A stretch of DNA of 64,000 nucleotides from Octopus sinensis (Eukaryota): positions 44,454,001-44,518,000 of the forward strand of contig NC_043013.1 in the NCBI RefSeq assembly GCF_006345805.1. Direction: 5' to 3'. The position numbers were made by a program, and so were the translations under genes. Below the pieces are notes generated by a model that saw only the letters and a program-made list of their open reading frames with translations, was not told the DNA's origin and searched no databases. How positions within the stretch are numbered: position 1 is the first letter of the stretch; the number at the start of each line of letters is the position of its first letter. Shown piece after piece: positions 34,889-47,280 of this stretch.

Positions 34889-37778
34889 TCGCTCATGTGT
34901 GCTACTAGTAACATGTAATCCAGTACAACCTGTTGCATGGTCAGGTTGTCGGTGACTAAACTGGCACCACCAGGAAGTTCCTGGTTTTGTTAATTTTCAT
35001 GTCACACTGGTGAAAGTCTTCTTGGGTGGGGGTAGTGCAGAGCAAGCTACACACACTGAAAATTATTCATCTGCACAGGTACTTGCACACCAAACCATAG
35101 TAAAATCATTGAATTGGTTGGTTGGCAGAAACCTAAAAGTGCACTTGTAAGATTGTTACCAACACTCTGTTTAAGCAGAAAAATAAATATAAAACCACAT
35201 GGATTCACTCAAGATATATGCACTAGCATCTCATAGATTATATTTTGATCAGAATGCATGATATGAAAAACGTTTCTAGTGTTTGGGCCATGAGAGGAGC
35301 AGAAAGCTGGACTGACCATTGTCTACTGAATGGAAAAATAAAGTTTTTGATAATGCCTAAAAGTCAACAGTCTGGTCCTAACGTACCCAAAAAGTTAAAT
35401 GTTGCAAACTTCAAATTACCAAGCAACTTGCAAAGATTCCATGATGCGATAGAGAGTATCAATCTTGACCCAAACAATATATGGGAAGATTTCAAAACTA
35501 AAGTATTTCAGGCTGCAAGTTTGTCAGTAGGATTTAAATTATGTAAGTCCAGTGACTGGTTCACAGACAAATCAGCAGAAATTCATAATCAACTTTTAGA
35601 AAAACAAAACTTAGGCCATACACTTCTTTCTTAATCTTTGAACCCCAACTCAAATGAAGCTTACAGAAAGCTGAAAGGGAAAGTGCAGATTACTCTCAGG
35701 AAAATTAAACAGGAATGGTGGAATAATAGAGCAAAAGGGGCACAAGAAGTGGCTGATAGAAATGACACCAAGGGTTTGTACTCTTGTGTTAAGAGTATAT
35801 GGTGAAAAATCTTCAACAACTCCAGTGAGAACAGTAAATGGATGTTTGCTTCTGACTGACACTGCGTCTATTCAGAAGCGCTGGGTAGAACATTTTTCTG
35901 CACTTTAGAAAAGGCCATCATCTGCTGACACGAGTATGGTAGAAAAAAAATCGAACACCTTCCAGTTATAGAGGAGATGGCATTTGAACCAACTGTAAAT
36001 GACATTTATTTAGCTGTGAATAAACTGAATAACAATAAGTCTCCAGGGCCTGATGAAATCTGTGCAGAAGTTTTGAAATATGGGGATGACAAAATGTTTG
36101 AACTCTTAAATATATTAATTTGTCATTGTTGAAGAACTGAGAAAGTGCCTGAAGACTGGACTGATGCCATTTTAGTCTCCTTGTATAAATCAAAGCCAAA
36201 TGATCTGTGTGGCAATTTTTGTGGGGTTTTGCTTTTGTCTGTGTTTGGAAAGGTACTTGCCCGCATTCTGTTAGAACATTTAAATACCGTCATAGTTCCA
36301 AACACGGTGTCTGAGTCTCAATGTGGTTTTCAATCCTCCAGGGCCACAGTTGATTGTATCTTTACTATCAGACAATTTCAGGAAATGTGCATTGAACAGA
36401 ATCTTGCCCTATACCATTACTTTGTTGATTTGAGCAAGGCACTCGGTGCTGTTAATCGAAATGCTCTGTGGTTAATTCTAAGGAAAGTAAGTTGCTCAGA
36501 AAAATTTGTAAGCAAGATCAGGGCTTTGCATCAAAATATGAAAGCTAGAGTTAATTTTGGTGATAGGCTCTCTGACTCTTTACTTCACGCATTAGGGAAC
36601 GCTTATACGCTGACAATTGTGATCTAGCCAGTCATTTTGAAACAGGATTGCAATCTCTTGCATCTGCATCTAATTCAGCTTGTGATGATTTTGGCTTGAC
36701 CATCAACTTGAAAAAACATTTGTAATGTAGTTCTATTTGCAATCCCGCTAAAATTTTTGTTAAGGATAAGTTACTTGAGGTTGCTGATTCTTTCATCTAC
36801 CTTGGAAACTCTGTACAAATTGATGGAAATCTGGACACAGAAATACATCTGCAAATTCAAAGGGCAGCACAAGCATTTGTTGGTTTGGATTCATGCGTTT
36901 GGCACCAGCAAAATATAAATAACAACACTTGTTTTACAATCCCTGTGGTATTTTTCTGAAACAGACACGTTATGAAAGATATTTCAAATTGTCAGAACAA
37001 GTCCACCAAAAATGCCTTCATTGCATTTTAAACATTAAATGGAGTTCTTTTACTCCAAATACAGATGTCCTTGCAGCTGCAGGCATCACTTCAATTAAAG
37101 CTATGATTTTGAGAAACCAAATGAGATGGTGAGGCCATATTGTTCGAATGGCAGATGAATGCACACCTAAACAGCTGTTTTATGGTGAGCTTGCAGAGGG
37201 GAAACGCTATCAGTGTAAACCTAAAAAGAGGTTTAAGGATGACATAAGGACTACCATGAAGTCACTTGGAATGAATCCAGAAGACATAGAAACCCTTGCT
37301 TTGTATTCAGCTGGATGGTGAACAAAAGTGTAGAGTGGTGTGAAAGCGTCTGAAAAGGCCAGGATAACACATGCAAGACTCAAGAGAGATTTAAAAAAGA
37401 ATGTTACGATCGAGAACGTGAATCACAATGACCTTTTTGTGTGCACAGTTTGTGACAGACCATGCCTTTCTTTTGCTGGGCTCAAATCTCATTTGTGAAC
37501 CCATGGAAAACGAACCTACACCAACTATTCTACCAATATGTCTGTGCACACCTTTCAATGCAATGTATGCCAGAAGGTTTGCAAATCTAACAGAGGTCTC
37601 AAAAGACATTTTAAGATCCACAAAGATCAGACCTTGGTGGTCCAAGTTGGTTATGCAATCTATGTGAGTGTCTTTTCAAAGCATTGTCTGGTTTAAAAAG
37701 CCACATCAGATACCATGATGAATCTAAGGTGTAGGTACAGGGGGTGGTCACTTTCTACATAAGGAGTAGACAACCGCC
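34889..37778 (+). mobile_element. Decayed RTE-clade LINE (partial APE endonuclease, RT, three C-terminal C2H2 fingers) with 12-bp TSD
   Basis: TSD ATACAAGTGAGG at 34877-34888 and 37779-37790. EN motifs KTTWIH..HLIDYILIR and SWTDH; RT motifs QCGFQSSRATVDCIF, FVDLSKA and YADN; zinc fingers at 37436-37734; many stops and frameshifts. Confidence 0.92.
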
Positions 37779-39800
37779 ATACAAGTGAGGACAAACAAAA
37801 GAAAAAAAGTAAGGTTTACACCTATTATTATTTAAAACAGTTTGATTTGCAAGCTTCTAGCAGAATCCTCTCTTTCAGGCTTAGTTTACTGAGTAATCTG
37901 CCAGAAGCTTATGAAACATTAAGACACATGGAGCTGAATCAAACTGTTTTAAATAATAATAATAATAATAGTGTGTGTACACACATGTCTTGACCCTGTG
38001 CAATGTTTTCAAATGAACATCAGCATCATAAAAGTGATATCCATTTCTAATCTTCTATGGAAAAAGTCTGGTAACGGGAAAATATCGCAAATGAGTGCTG
38101 GCAACAAGAATTGCATCTGGCAGTAGAAAATCTGACTCAACAAATTCCATTTGGCTTATGCAAGCATGGACATATGTACATTAAAATGATGATGACAGAT
38201 ATATATATATATATGTTTGTGTGTGTGTATATGCATGTACACACACATAATCCACATAAAAGATATATATTGGAAGAGACTGTCATAAAGAAGAATAATG
38301 GACAAACTATGCAGATTAGACATGTCTTAATTTGAATGCAATGTGAAAATGATGATTCAAATATTGAAAAAATAAAAAAGCTTTTTTTTTAAGCTACAAA
38401 GTATATAAAGGAATGAAGCAAGTAACGAGGAATATTTAACGATAAGCATTTATCATCAATAAATGTCTGCTGAGAAGTTGCAGGAAAGAAGAGGAAAAAA
38501 GAAAAAAAGCAGTGACTAGGTGAAGACAAAGTAATGTTGTGGTAGTGGTTGTAATGATGTTGAATGCTCTTAAAATGACATTCATATTGCATATTAAGGC
38601 ATCTTAGAGAAGAGGAGAGAGAGAAAAGAATACAGAAGAAAGATAGACCGAGAGAGAACAGAACACAGAGGAAAGACAGACAGACCGACCCTCTCTCTGG
38701 TGGCGTCATTGACAACTGATAGACAAGTAGAATTAAATTAAGTGAGCAGATACTTTTGTATACTGGAGATGAAAAAAAAAAAAAGAAAGTAAGAAAGAAA
38801 GAAAGAAATAGTAGCAGCAAAAGACTTGACTTGAAGATATTATGGAGATGACTTAATCATTACTAAAATTATATATATATATATATATATATAAAAAAAA
38901 AAAGAAAAAAAATTATAAAAGCTGCTAGAACAGAAATGTTTCTGTAGACTCAACAAATAGAATTGCCAAGATAGAGACTCCTTCTTCTGTGTAAAAAGGG
39001 AACTATATGAAGGTTAAAAATAATTACTGAACTAAACTGACACAGAAAATAAAAGCTTATATAGCTGTCTCCCAGTCTTGTTTTTGTCTTTCTTCTCTAC
39101 TCTTTCCAGATATCCATTCATCTATTCTTATCTATATTACATGACAGATAATGTACAACGGAAAATAAGCTTCTCCACAAGCCATGCCTGTCTATATCAA
39201 TCTCTTGTCATTGCTATTTAGCTCTTAGTTGTTTCTGTTTGAGCAGACTATGATCAAAGATATTGCCATCCATTTTCTGAGATTTTTCTTTTTAACATAG
39301 AACATTCAAGAATAATTTTATCCGGATAATGCTTTCCGTCATGTTTTAAGACAATATGGTAGGATTTGAAAGAGATTTCAGTGCTAGTTCCAGGAGGTTG
39401 GTTATGAATTAATTAGACGCTGCTCTTGTACAAAGAAACTCAAAACGAGAATAGCTGTCACAAATGATATTATGTAGTACATTACATTAAAAGTTGTAGT
39501 ACTTGTGGAAATTCACAACTCATTTTTGTGTGTGTACTGTTTGTGTTTTCTTTGTGCTCCATGGCAAGTATAAAAAAGTTGTAAAAGAGAGACTTGAACA
39601 CTCACCACAGCAAATACAACTACACACACGCATGAATACACACAAACTGTTGGTTGTTATGATAGTGGTGGTGGTAGAGACATTGGTATACGTAACAGAG
39701 AGTGGAGAAAGATAGAGAGAGAAAGAAAGGTAGCCAGAGGGAATGAAAGAAAGAGGTAACTAAAAATACAGTGACATAACACAACTTACTTCTTAGAATC

Positions 39801-39844
<44 letters not shown>

Positions 39845-40267
39845 ATATATATCTTTCTCTATACACCATTGTCACTGCCTCATCATCACCACCACAACCT
39901 TAACAACCAAGAATTTCTTTCTCAAAATTTGTATTACCCTAGTGTTACACATATTACAAGAGTAGAAACACTGATATTAATATATAAGTAATTGTTACAG
40001 ATGACGATATGTCTCACACTTTCGAGCTTATCAAATGAACGAGCTATTTGGTTCAGCTGATGGGATATATATAGTTAGAAACAGTTGAAACTATTTGAGC
40101 ATATGGGTTGTATGTATAATACTTGCATTCGCTTTGGTTCAATCTATTTTGATTCCTAGCTTTAAGCTATTTCACTTCTATATACAGCAGTAAGGCTCTT
40201 AGGACAGCAAATCTCAAGACCTCTGTACCATCTGCATCTCTGAATTAAAGTCAATACAGCTGATATA

Positions 40268-40670
40268 CTCTTTTACTTATTTCAGTCATTTGACTGCAGC
40301 CATGCTGGAGCACCGCCTTTAGTCGAGCAAATCGACCCCGGGACTTATTCTTTGTAAGCCCAGTACTTATTCTATCGGTCTCTTTTACCGAACCGCTAAG
40401 TGACAGGGACGTAAACACACCAGCATCGGTTGTCAAGCAATGCTAGGGGGACAAACACAGGCACACAAACATACACACAAATACATATATATATATATAC
40501 ATATATACGACAGGCTTCTTTCAGTTTCCATCTACCAAATCCACTCACAAGGCATTGGTCGGCCCGAGGCTATAGCTGAAGACACTTGCCCAAGATGCCA
40601 CGCAGTAGGACTGAACCCGGAACCATGTGGTTGGTAAGCAAGCTACTTACCACACAGCCACTCCTGCGCC
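40268..40670 (-). mobile_element. SINE family A, full length
   Basis: Intact head and tail; homologous to 20005-20401. Confidence 0.9.
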
Positions 40671-40725
40671 TATCACAATGATAGATAATGAAGGTTACAA
40701 ATAATCAGACAGAAAATACAAACAT

Positions 40726-41185
40726 CATCATCATCATCATTTACATCTGTTATCGATGCTGGCATGGCCAACAGACTCTGATTTGGCATGGTTTCTACCA
40801 GCTGGATGCCTTTCCTAACGCCAACCACTTTACTGGGTGCTGGGTGCTTTTACATGGAACCATACGGGTGCTTTTATGTGGCACAGCTGCAAGTGCTTTA
40901 CGCCACCAACAGGATTGATCTTAACACTTCTGCTGCGGAGTATGGCTCTTCTTGAGTATGGCCAGGCACCAAGTGTTTCAGTCCTTTGTCATCTCACCTG
41001 AAAGGTTCAGATTCCTGAGGATGTTCTTCAGTACTACAGCCCATGTCTTCCTGAGTTTCCCCACTTCCACATCTTCCATCCACTTTGAGAGATTGGTACT
41101 TCTTTATAGAACTACTGACAGCATCCATCCGCATCACACGACCAAACCAGCGCAGTCTTCTCTCTTGCAGACTGCACCGGTTATT
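40726..41185 (-). mobile_element. 5'-truncated RTE LINE 3' end
   Basis: Peptide LQERRLRWFGRVMRMD (RTE RRLRW.GH..RM motif), decayed 3' UTR and (GAT)n tail. Confidence 0.75.
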
Positions 41186-41270
41186 TCACTATTTATTTGT
41201 GTATGAAATAAACAATCATGCGTGTGTGTGTATGCAGGTATACATGTGTGTATACCTGCATTGTTTGTAG

Positions 41271-41505
41271 GGCGGCGAGCTGGTAGAATCGTTAGCATGC
41301 CGGGCGAAATGCGTAGCCGTATTTCGTCTGCTGTTACGTTCTGAGTTCAAATTCCGCCGAGGTTGACTTTGCCTTTCATCCTTTCGGGGTCGAAAAATTA
41401 AGTACCAGTTACGCACTGGGGTCGATGTTAACGACTTGATACCTTTGTCTGTCCTTGTTTGTCCCCTCTGTGTTTAGCCCCTTGTGGGTAGTAAAGAAAT
41501 AGGTA
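41271..41505 (+). mobile_element. SINE family B, young full-length copy
   Basis: Head GGCGGCGAGCTGGTAGAATCG; tail GTAAAGAAATAGGTA. Confidence 0.9.
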
Positions 41506-42162
41506 TACATGTGTGTGTGTGTGTGTGTGTGTGTGCATGTATATGTGCATGTGTGTAATTACAAAGATTGCTTCCCAAACACACAAACCTAGAACTGATC
41601 CCCTTTGGACAACTCTGTCTTTAAAAAATGGAAAATACTTCAGATAATGAAGCCCTACATAGACTATATCTGAATTAATTATAGGATGGTTATGCCTGGA
41701 AAACTTGCAAAACAAATACATAAATGTATATCTGGAAAACTTTTCTATATAGTTCTGTTTGAATGTGGTTGACCTCGGGGCTAAACAACAATGCTCAATC
41801 AATGTCTTTAATGCCCAGCACAGTGATTGATTGTGTGTGTACGTGCACCTAATTATAAAGAATGGGCTAAGTATGAATGAATAAAGAACAGACAAACAGA
41901 CAGTTATATATGGCAGGCTTACGTGATGTTGGAGATATGCAGTGCAAACATCACATATTTATACAATGTTATTCAGGTTTTCACATATACTGGATTTCAG
42001 TTCTCTATGAGGACAGCTGGCAATGGCAACAATGAGAGAGAGAGAGAGAGAAAGAGAGAGAGTGTGTAGACAGTATTTTAAAAATCTTTTTCTAGCTTCA
42101 GTTTTTACTGTGGTTATCCTGGGACACAGCCTTCAAGATTTTATTGCTTGTACAAACATTCA

Positions 42163-42196
<34 letters not shown>

Positions 42197-42887
42197 TATA
42201 ACGGCGGTGCATCAGCATGGCCACAGCTCTAAGCTGAAACAAGCAAAAAAAAAAAAATATATATATAGTAACTTCTGAATACTAGTTCTATATATATGAC
42301 AAATACCGAAGCAAACACCATGTCTTAATTATTTGGAGACAAACATTGTCGACTGTACTTTTTATAGACTAGAATTGCATAAAAATACTAATGGAGTGAG
42401 ACAAAAAAAATTATAGTAAACAAACAGTTAAATGTTAGAAGAAAGGTCACATTTACAAGTCATTTCACATTCACTTTCTATTTTCCTCATGGACTGGAAG
42501 ATTCAAAAGATAGGACAAGCTAAATTTTAATAAGAACAGGGAAAAAAAAAAAAAATGACAGACAGGTATTATACAGTAATCTGTATTTGTCTAATTTATT
42601 TACTTTCTCTTTCGATCTGATAGCAATGATATAAAGAAATTAAAAAAAAGCCAATAAATAAAGATTATTTTTCAGACCTAAGTGCATTCATCATTTTTTA
42701 AATATTGATATCCACACTAAGTTTCAATAACTTAATTTTGTGTTCTTTATGTAGCTTATTCTTCAATGTGTACCAGAACGGATTCAAACTAGGAAGTTTA
42801 TTTCTAAACTACATGCAACAAAACTCTTGTTCACTAGGTCACTAAAAATTGTACATAGTAAAGATGCGTGCATGTATGTGTTTATAT

Positions 42888-43222
42888 AAAAAAAAGACCC
42901 CCTTCGGTCATGAATGACCCGCACCTAGAAAGTTACCCTCCTAGACACAAGTCCAGGCAAGGTTGTTTATGGAAGACCAGCAGTCGCCCATGCATACCAG
43001 CCTCCCCTCTCCACGCCACCAGTGTTATCCAAGGGAAAGACAAAGGTCAATACAGCTTGGCACCAGTGACATCGCAACTCATTTCTACAGCTGAGTGAAC
43101 TGGAGCAACGTGAAATAAAGTGCCTTGCTCAAGAACACAACACGCAGCCCGGTCCGGGATTCGAGCTCACAACCTCACGATCGTAAGCTCGACGCTCTAA
43201 CCACTGAGCCATGCGCCTTCAC
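42888..43222 (-). mobile_element. tRNA-derived SINE with CORE-like segment (TTGAGCAAGGCACT...CACTCAGCTGTA), young copy
   Basis: Clear A box (TGGCTCAGTGG) and B box (GCTCGAATCC); T-rich 3' end; flanked by TA-rich sequence. Confidence 0.8.
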
Positions 43223-43225
43223 TGT

Positions 43226-43263
<38 letters not shown>

Positions 43264-43272
43264 ACAGTATAT

Positions 43273-43627
43273 ATATTATTAGTGAATGGAATAAATGGAG
43301 TTGAACGAAGATTGTACAGAATACCTTTTATTACATTCTACACATGTTTCGAAGGCCACAAATTTCCAAATTCTGTTTAAATAAGGGTACCAAAACAGTT
43401 CAGCCATGGGCTCCTAAGGAGCATCTTCGTTCGAATTGCTGTGCCTCTGTTTTGTTTTGTCCTGTCAATGGAATTCCTGTTTTTTTCCTGAAGAGAAAGC
43501 CGCAATATGGTACCCTTATTTAAACAGAATTTGGAAATTTGTGGCCTTTGAAACATGTGTAGAATGTAATAAAAGGTATTCTGTACAATCTTCGTTCAAC
43601 TCCATTTATTCCATTCACTAATAATAT
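43273..43627. repeat. Fold-back element: 120-bp inverted arms (43273-43392 / 43508-43627), 115-bp spacer
   Basis: Arms are reverse complements with one visible mismatch; the spacer holds the palindrome GCTCCTAAGGAGC. Confidence 0.92.
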
Positions 43628-43797
43628 TAAACTTCAATTATCCGCTCCAACGCACGGTTGCAACACCAAATGGTCTTATCTCCAACCGTGCTGTTTTCCG
43701 CTGTGATTTTTGCTACCCAGGTATCGGTTAAACCTTTGAATAATCTGTTACAAGAAAATTCATCTTTCTATTTCAACAAATATATATATATATATAG

Positions 43798-44010
43798 TTA
43801 ATCCAAACATGAAAACACAAAGAGAAAATACAACAACGCGAGGACGTGGAACAAGTATAGTGTTGTTGGACGCTCAGGAAAGGAAAGAAAGAAGGAGGGT
43901 TTAAAGTTTCGAGTGGAGTTCTTCATTAGAAACATAGGAAAAGGTAAGATCCAAGGAAGGGAAGACGGAGGAAAAAAAAATCGCCAACGGTACACACGCG
44001 GTTACATTTT
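43798..44010 (-). mobile_element. Penelope-like-derived short repeat (second copy) with decayed hammerhead-like motif (43899-43933)
   Basis: Homologous to 210-405; minus strand GTTT-CTAATGA-AGAACTCCACTC-GAAAC-TTT-AAAC. Confidence 0.5.
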
Positions 44011-44130
44011 GAATGTACATACACACAAAAAATATACACAGTCACACATATCTATATACACATACATACATATATATATATACAAACATTCATATATACA
44101 CACATCTATACATATATGTATTTATTATTA

Positions 44131-44478
44131 TTAAACAAGACTGTTGTTGACAGTGACTTCAGAGTTTTGGCCAGCTAAACCATCATCAGAAAGTTTGATG
44201 AAGGCTTAGCTAGCTTAACCCTTTAGTGTTCACATTATTCTGCCCAAATAAATCCTTTTTTATCCACATTGTTTTGAACTAATCACGCATTATCTTGTAG
44301 CTACGAGATTTTGATGAGGTAGCTGTTAATTTTTAAAATGATATTGTAGGGTTGGTGTAAGAGACCAGATCTGGCCAGTTTGAACATAAAACAGGCAGAA
44401 TACTTTTGGCCGGATATGGCCAGTTTAAATGCTAAAGGGTTAAACTTCAAAGTTACTATCAATAACAGTCTTGTTTAA
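44131..44478. mobile_element. Inverted pair of PLE-like hammerhead relics, interrupted by a TTAA MITE (44219-44439)
   Basis: Outer arms TTAAACAAGACTGTT.. / ..AACAGTCTTGTTTAA; CTGATGA on minus (44183-44189) and TTGATGA on plus (44195-44201); TTAA TSD at 44215-44218 and 44440-44443. Confidence 0.6.
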
Positions 44479-45120
44479 GACTAATAAATTTGTACTCTAC
44501 ACAAGTATAGAGTAACCTATCAGATTAACATAAAATTGATTTATTATACAGGAACAAAAAACAAACATTAATATACATACATACATATATATATTCATGT
44601 ACCCACATATATACATATATGCACATGCATGTACACACACAAACACACACTCATATATAATCAATTTTCATCTCCAAAGATGAAATTACTAATAAATTGA
44701 TAATTTTTCAGACAAACAACCACTCATCTCAGACATTTAGACATTTAATCAGATAATTAATTATTGAAAAGAAAACCTAGAGAACAAAGATTAAAAAACA
44801 AAATTGTTCAATATTGTTCCATGATTTTAACTAGTTTTGTAGACTGGCTAACGAATGTGTACTACTTCTCATAAAAAATGTTTAATATTTTATTAGTGGT
44901 CTGTTGTTATATGATAATTATCTTTTCTTCCCCCACCACATTTGATTTATTTGTGCAATGAATGGTGCATCAAAGTAGATGATAAATTGTAAATTTTTTG
45001 GTAATATTCCAGGTGACACAGTTTGGTAATATTCCAGGTGATGGAATTAGTTGTACTGTGCATACCTTCCTTCTTGTGACACTTGTGAAGACCTGTTGAG
45101 GCAAGTGAAAATCAAAACAA

Positions 45121-45675
45121 ATCAAAATAGATGAACATCAATGGAATTTGTATCTTTGTGGTACCAGTGCTGGTGGCACACAAGAAAATCATCCGAACGT
45201 GGCCGTAGCCAGTACTGCATAGACTGGCCTCCGTGCTTTGGGGACGTAACAAACACCATCCGATCGTGGCCGTCCGCCAGCCTCATCTGGCACCTGTGTC
45301 GGTGGCACATAAAAACACCATCCGAGCGTGGCCGTCTGCCAGCCTCGTCTGGCACCTGTGTCGGTGGCACATAAAAACACCATCCGAGCGTGGCCGTCTG
45401 CCAGCCTCGTCTGGCACCTGTGTCGGTGGCACATAAAAACACCATCCGAGCGTGGCCGTTCGCCAGCCTCGTCTGGCACCTGTGTCGGTGGCACATAAAA
45501 TCACCCACTACACTCTCGGAGTGGTTGGCGTTAGGAAGGGCATCCAGCTGTAGAAACACTGCCAGATCTGACTGGCCTGGTGCAGCCTTCGGGCTCCCCA
45601 GACCCCAGTTGAACCGTCCAACCCATGCTAGCATGGAAAACGGACGCTAAATGATGATGATGATGATGATGATGA
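45121..45675 (+). mobile_element. Young RTE 3'-end repeat with four 62-bp tandem units (45251-45498) and (GAT)n tail
   Basis: AAACACCATCCGA recurs at 45251, 45313, 45375 and 45437. Confidence 0.88.
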
Positions 45676-45784
45676 TTTGTGTCAACACCATAGAAAAATC
45701 AAAGAACTCATTGCTCTTGTTGAGGTCACACTCCCAACCTTGCAATAACTCTAAGAGGAGATTGTCAGGTGTTGTATAATCATA

Positions 45785-47280
45785 ATTCTTTTAGTTGCTC
45801 CAGTCATTTGACTGCAGCCATGTTGGAGCACTACCTTTTGAGTTGAACAAATTGACCCCAGGATGTACTCTTTGTAGGCCTAGTACTCATTCTACCAATC
45901 TCTTTTGCCGAACCACTAAGTTATGGGGACATAAACACACCAACACTGGTTGTCAAGTAGTGACAGGGGAACAAACACAAAGACACACACACACACATGA
46001 CAGGATTCTTTCAGTTTTTGTTTTCCAAATCCACTCACAAGGTTTTGGTTGGCTCAAGGCTATAGTAGAAGACACCTGCCCAAGGTGACACACAGTGGGA
46101 CTGAACCTGGAACCAAGTGGTTGGAAAGCAAACTTCTTACCATACAGCCTTGCCTGCCCCTATAAATTTTTTTTTCTTATCAATTAAATAAAAAAACAAC
46201 TTTAGCATTAAACTGGCCTTATCCACCCTAAATATTCTACCAGTTTTATGTTCAAACTGGCTAGATCTGGTCTCTCACATGTACCTTATAATATTATTCT
46301 AAAAATAACAATCACATTATTGAAGTCTGCAAAGCTGCAAGATAATGCATGACTAATTCAAATGAATATGAATAAATAAACATTACATTTGACGGAATAA
46401 TCTGAATGCTAAGGAGTTAAATGATCAAAGCTGAAGAAGAAAGGCAGTCTTTGGGATACAATTTTTTAGTTATGCATGTGGGATAACAATGAAGGATATA
46501 AAAGATTATACATCCTAGCATAAGCAGTGATTTCTTGCAGGTGACATTTCAACTTCACCATAGTCATATGTTACTATTTTAGCCTATCAAAAATTTCAAA
46601 CAATTAGAAATTAGTAGTCGATGAGTCATTTTTGGCTATTTAAACAGAAGTAAAATTCATGTTTGGCTCTAATTCGCTCTTAAGCACTTCATCAGCAACC
46701 ATAAGTATGCTGCCTGGTATCCTATGTCTACAACACAAATTATGCAATCAACTTGTGCACATTTTTAGAAATATTTTTATCAAAAATTTGCCTTGTTTGA
46801 TTTTGTAAATTAAGATCTGTTAAATTTGGTTCTGTTTTTAACCTCTACTCACAAACCAAGAACAGTGCAGTGAATTATTGCATTGTTCTATTGGGTTGTC
46901 AGATATATTTATCTTTTATCTTTTACTTGTTTCAGTCATTAGACTGTGGCCATGCTGGAGCACTGCCTTGAGGAATTTTAGTCGAACTAATCAACCCCAG
47001 TACATATTTTCATTTTTTCAAGCCTGGTACTTATTCTATCTGTCTCTATGTTGAACTACTACGTTACAGGGATGTAAATACACCAACACCAGTTGTCAAG
47101 CAGTGGTGGGGGACAAACAGACACACATACACACAACAGGCTTCTTTCAGTTTTCATCAGGCTCTGGCCAGCCCGAGGCCATAGTAGAAAGCACTTGCCA
47201 AAAGTGCTACCAGTGGGACTGAACCTGGAATTGTGTGGTTGGGAAGGAAACTTCTTACCACAAGGCCATGCCTGCACCTA
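45785..47280 (-). mobile_element. Cluster: two family A SINEs (45785-46160, 46912-47280) and a TTAA-type MITE (~46200-46420)
   Basis: Similarity to the family members described above. Confidence 0.75.

Noticed and set aside
45122-45650. Several ORFs of 67-170 aa with repeated peptides
   Set aside because: Produced by the 62-bp tandem repeat in an RTE 3' UTR.
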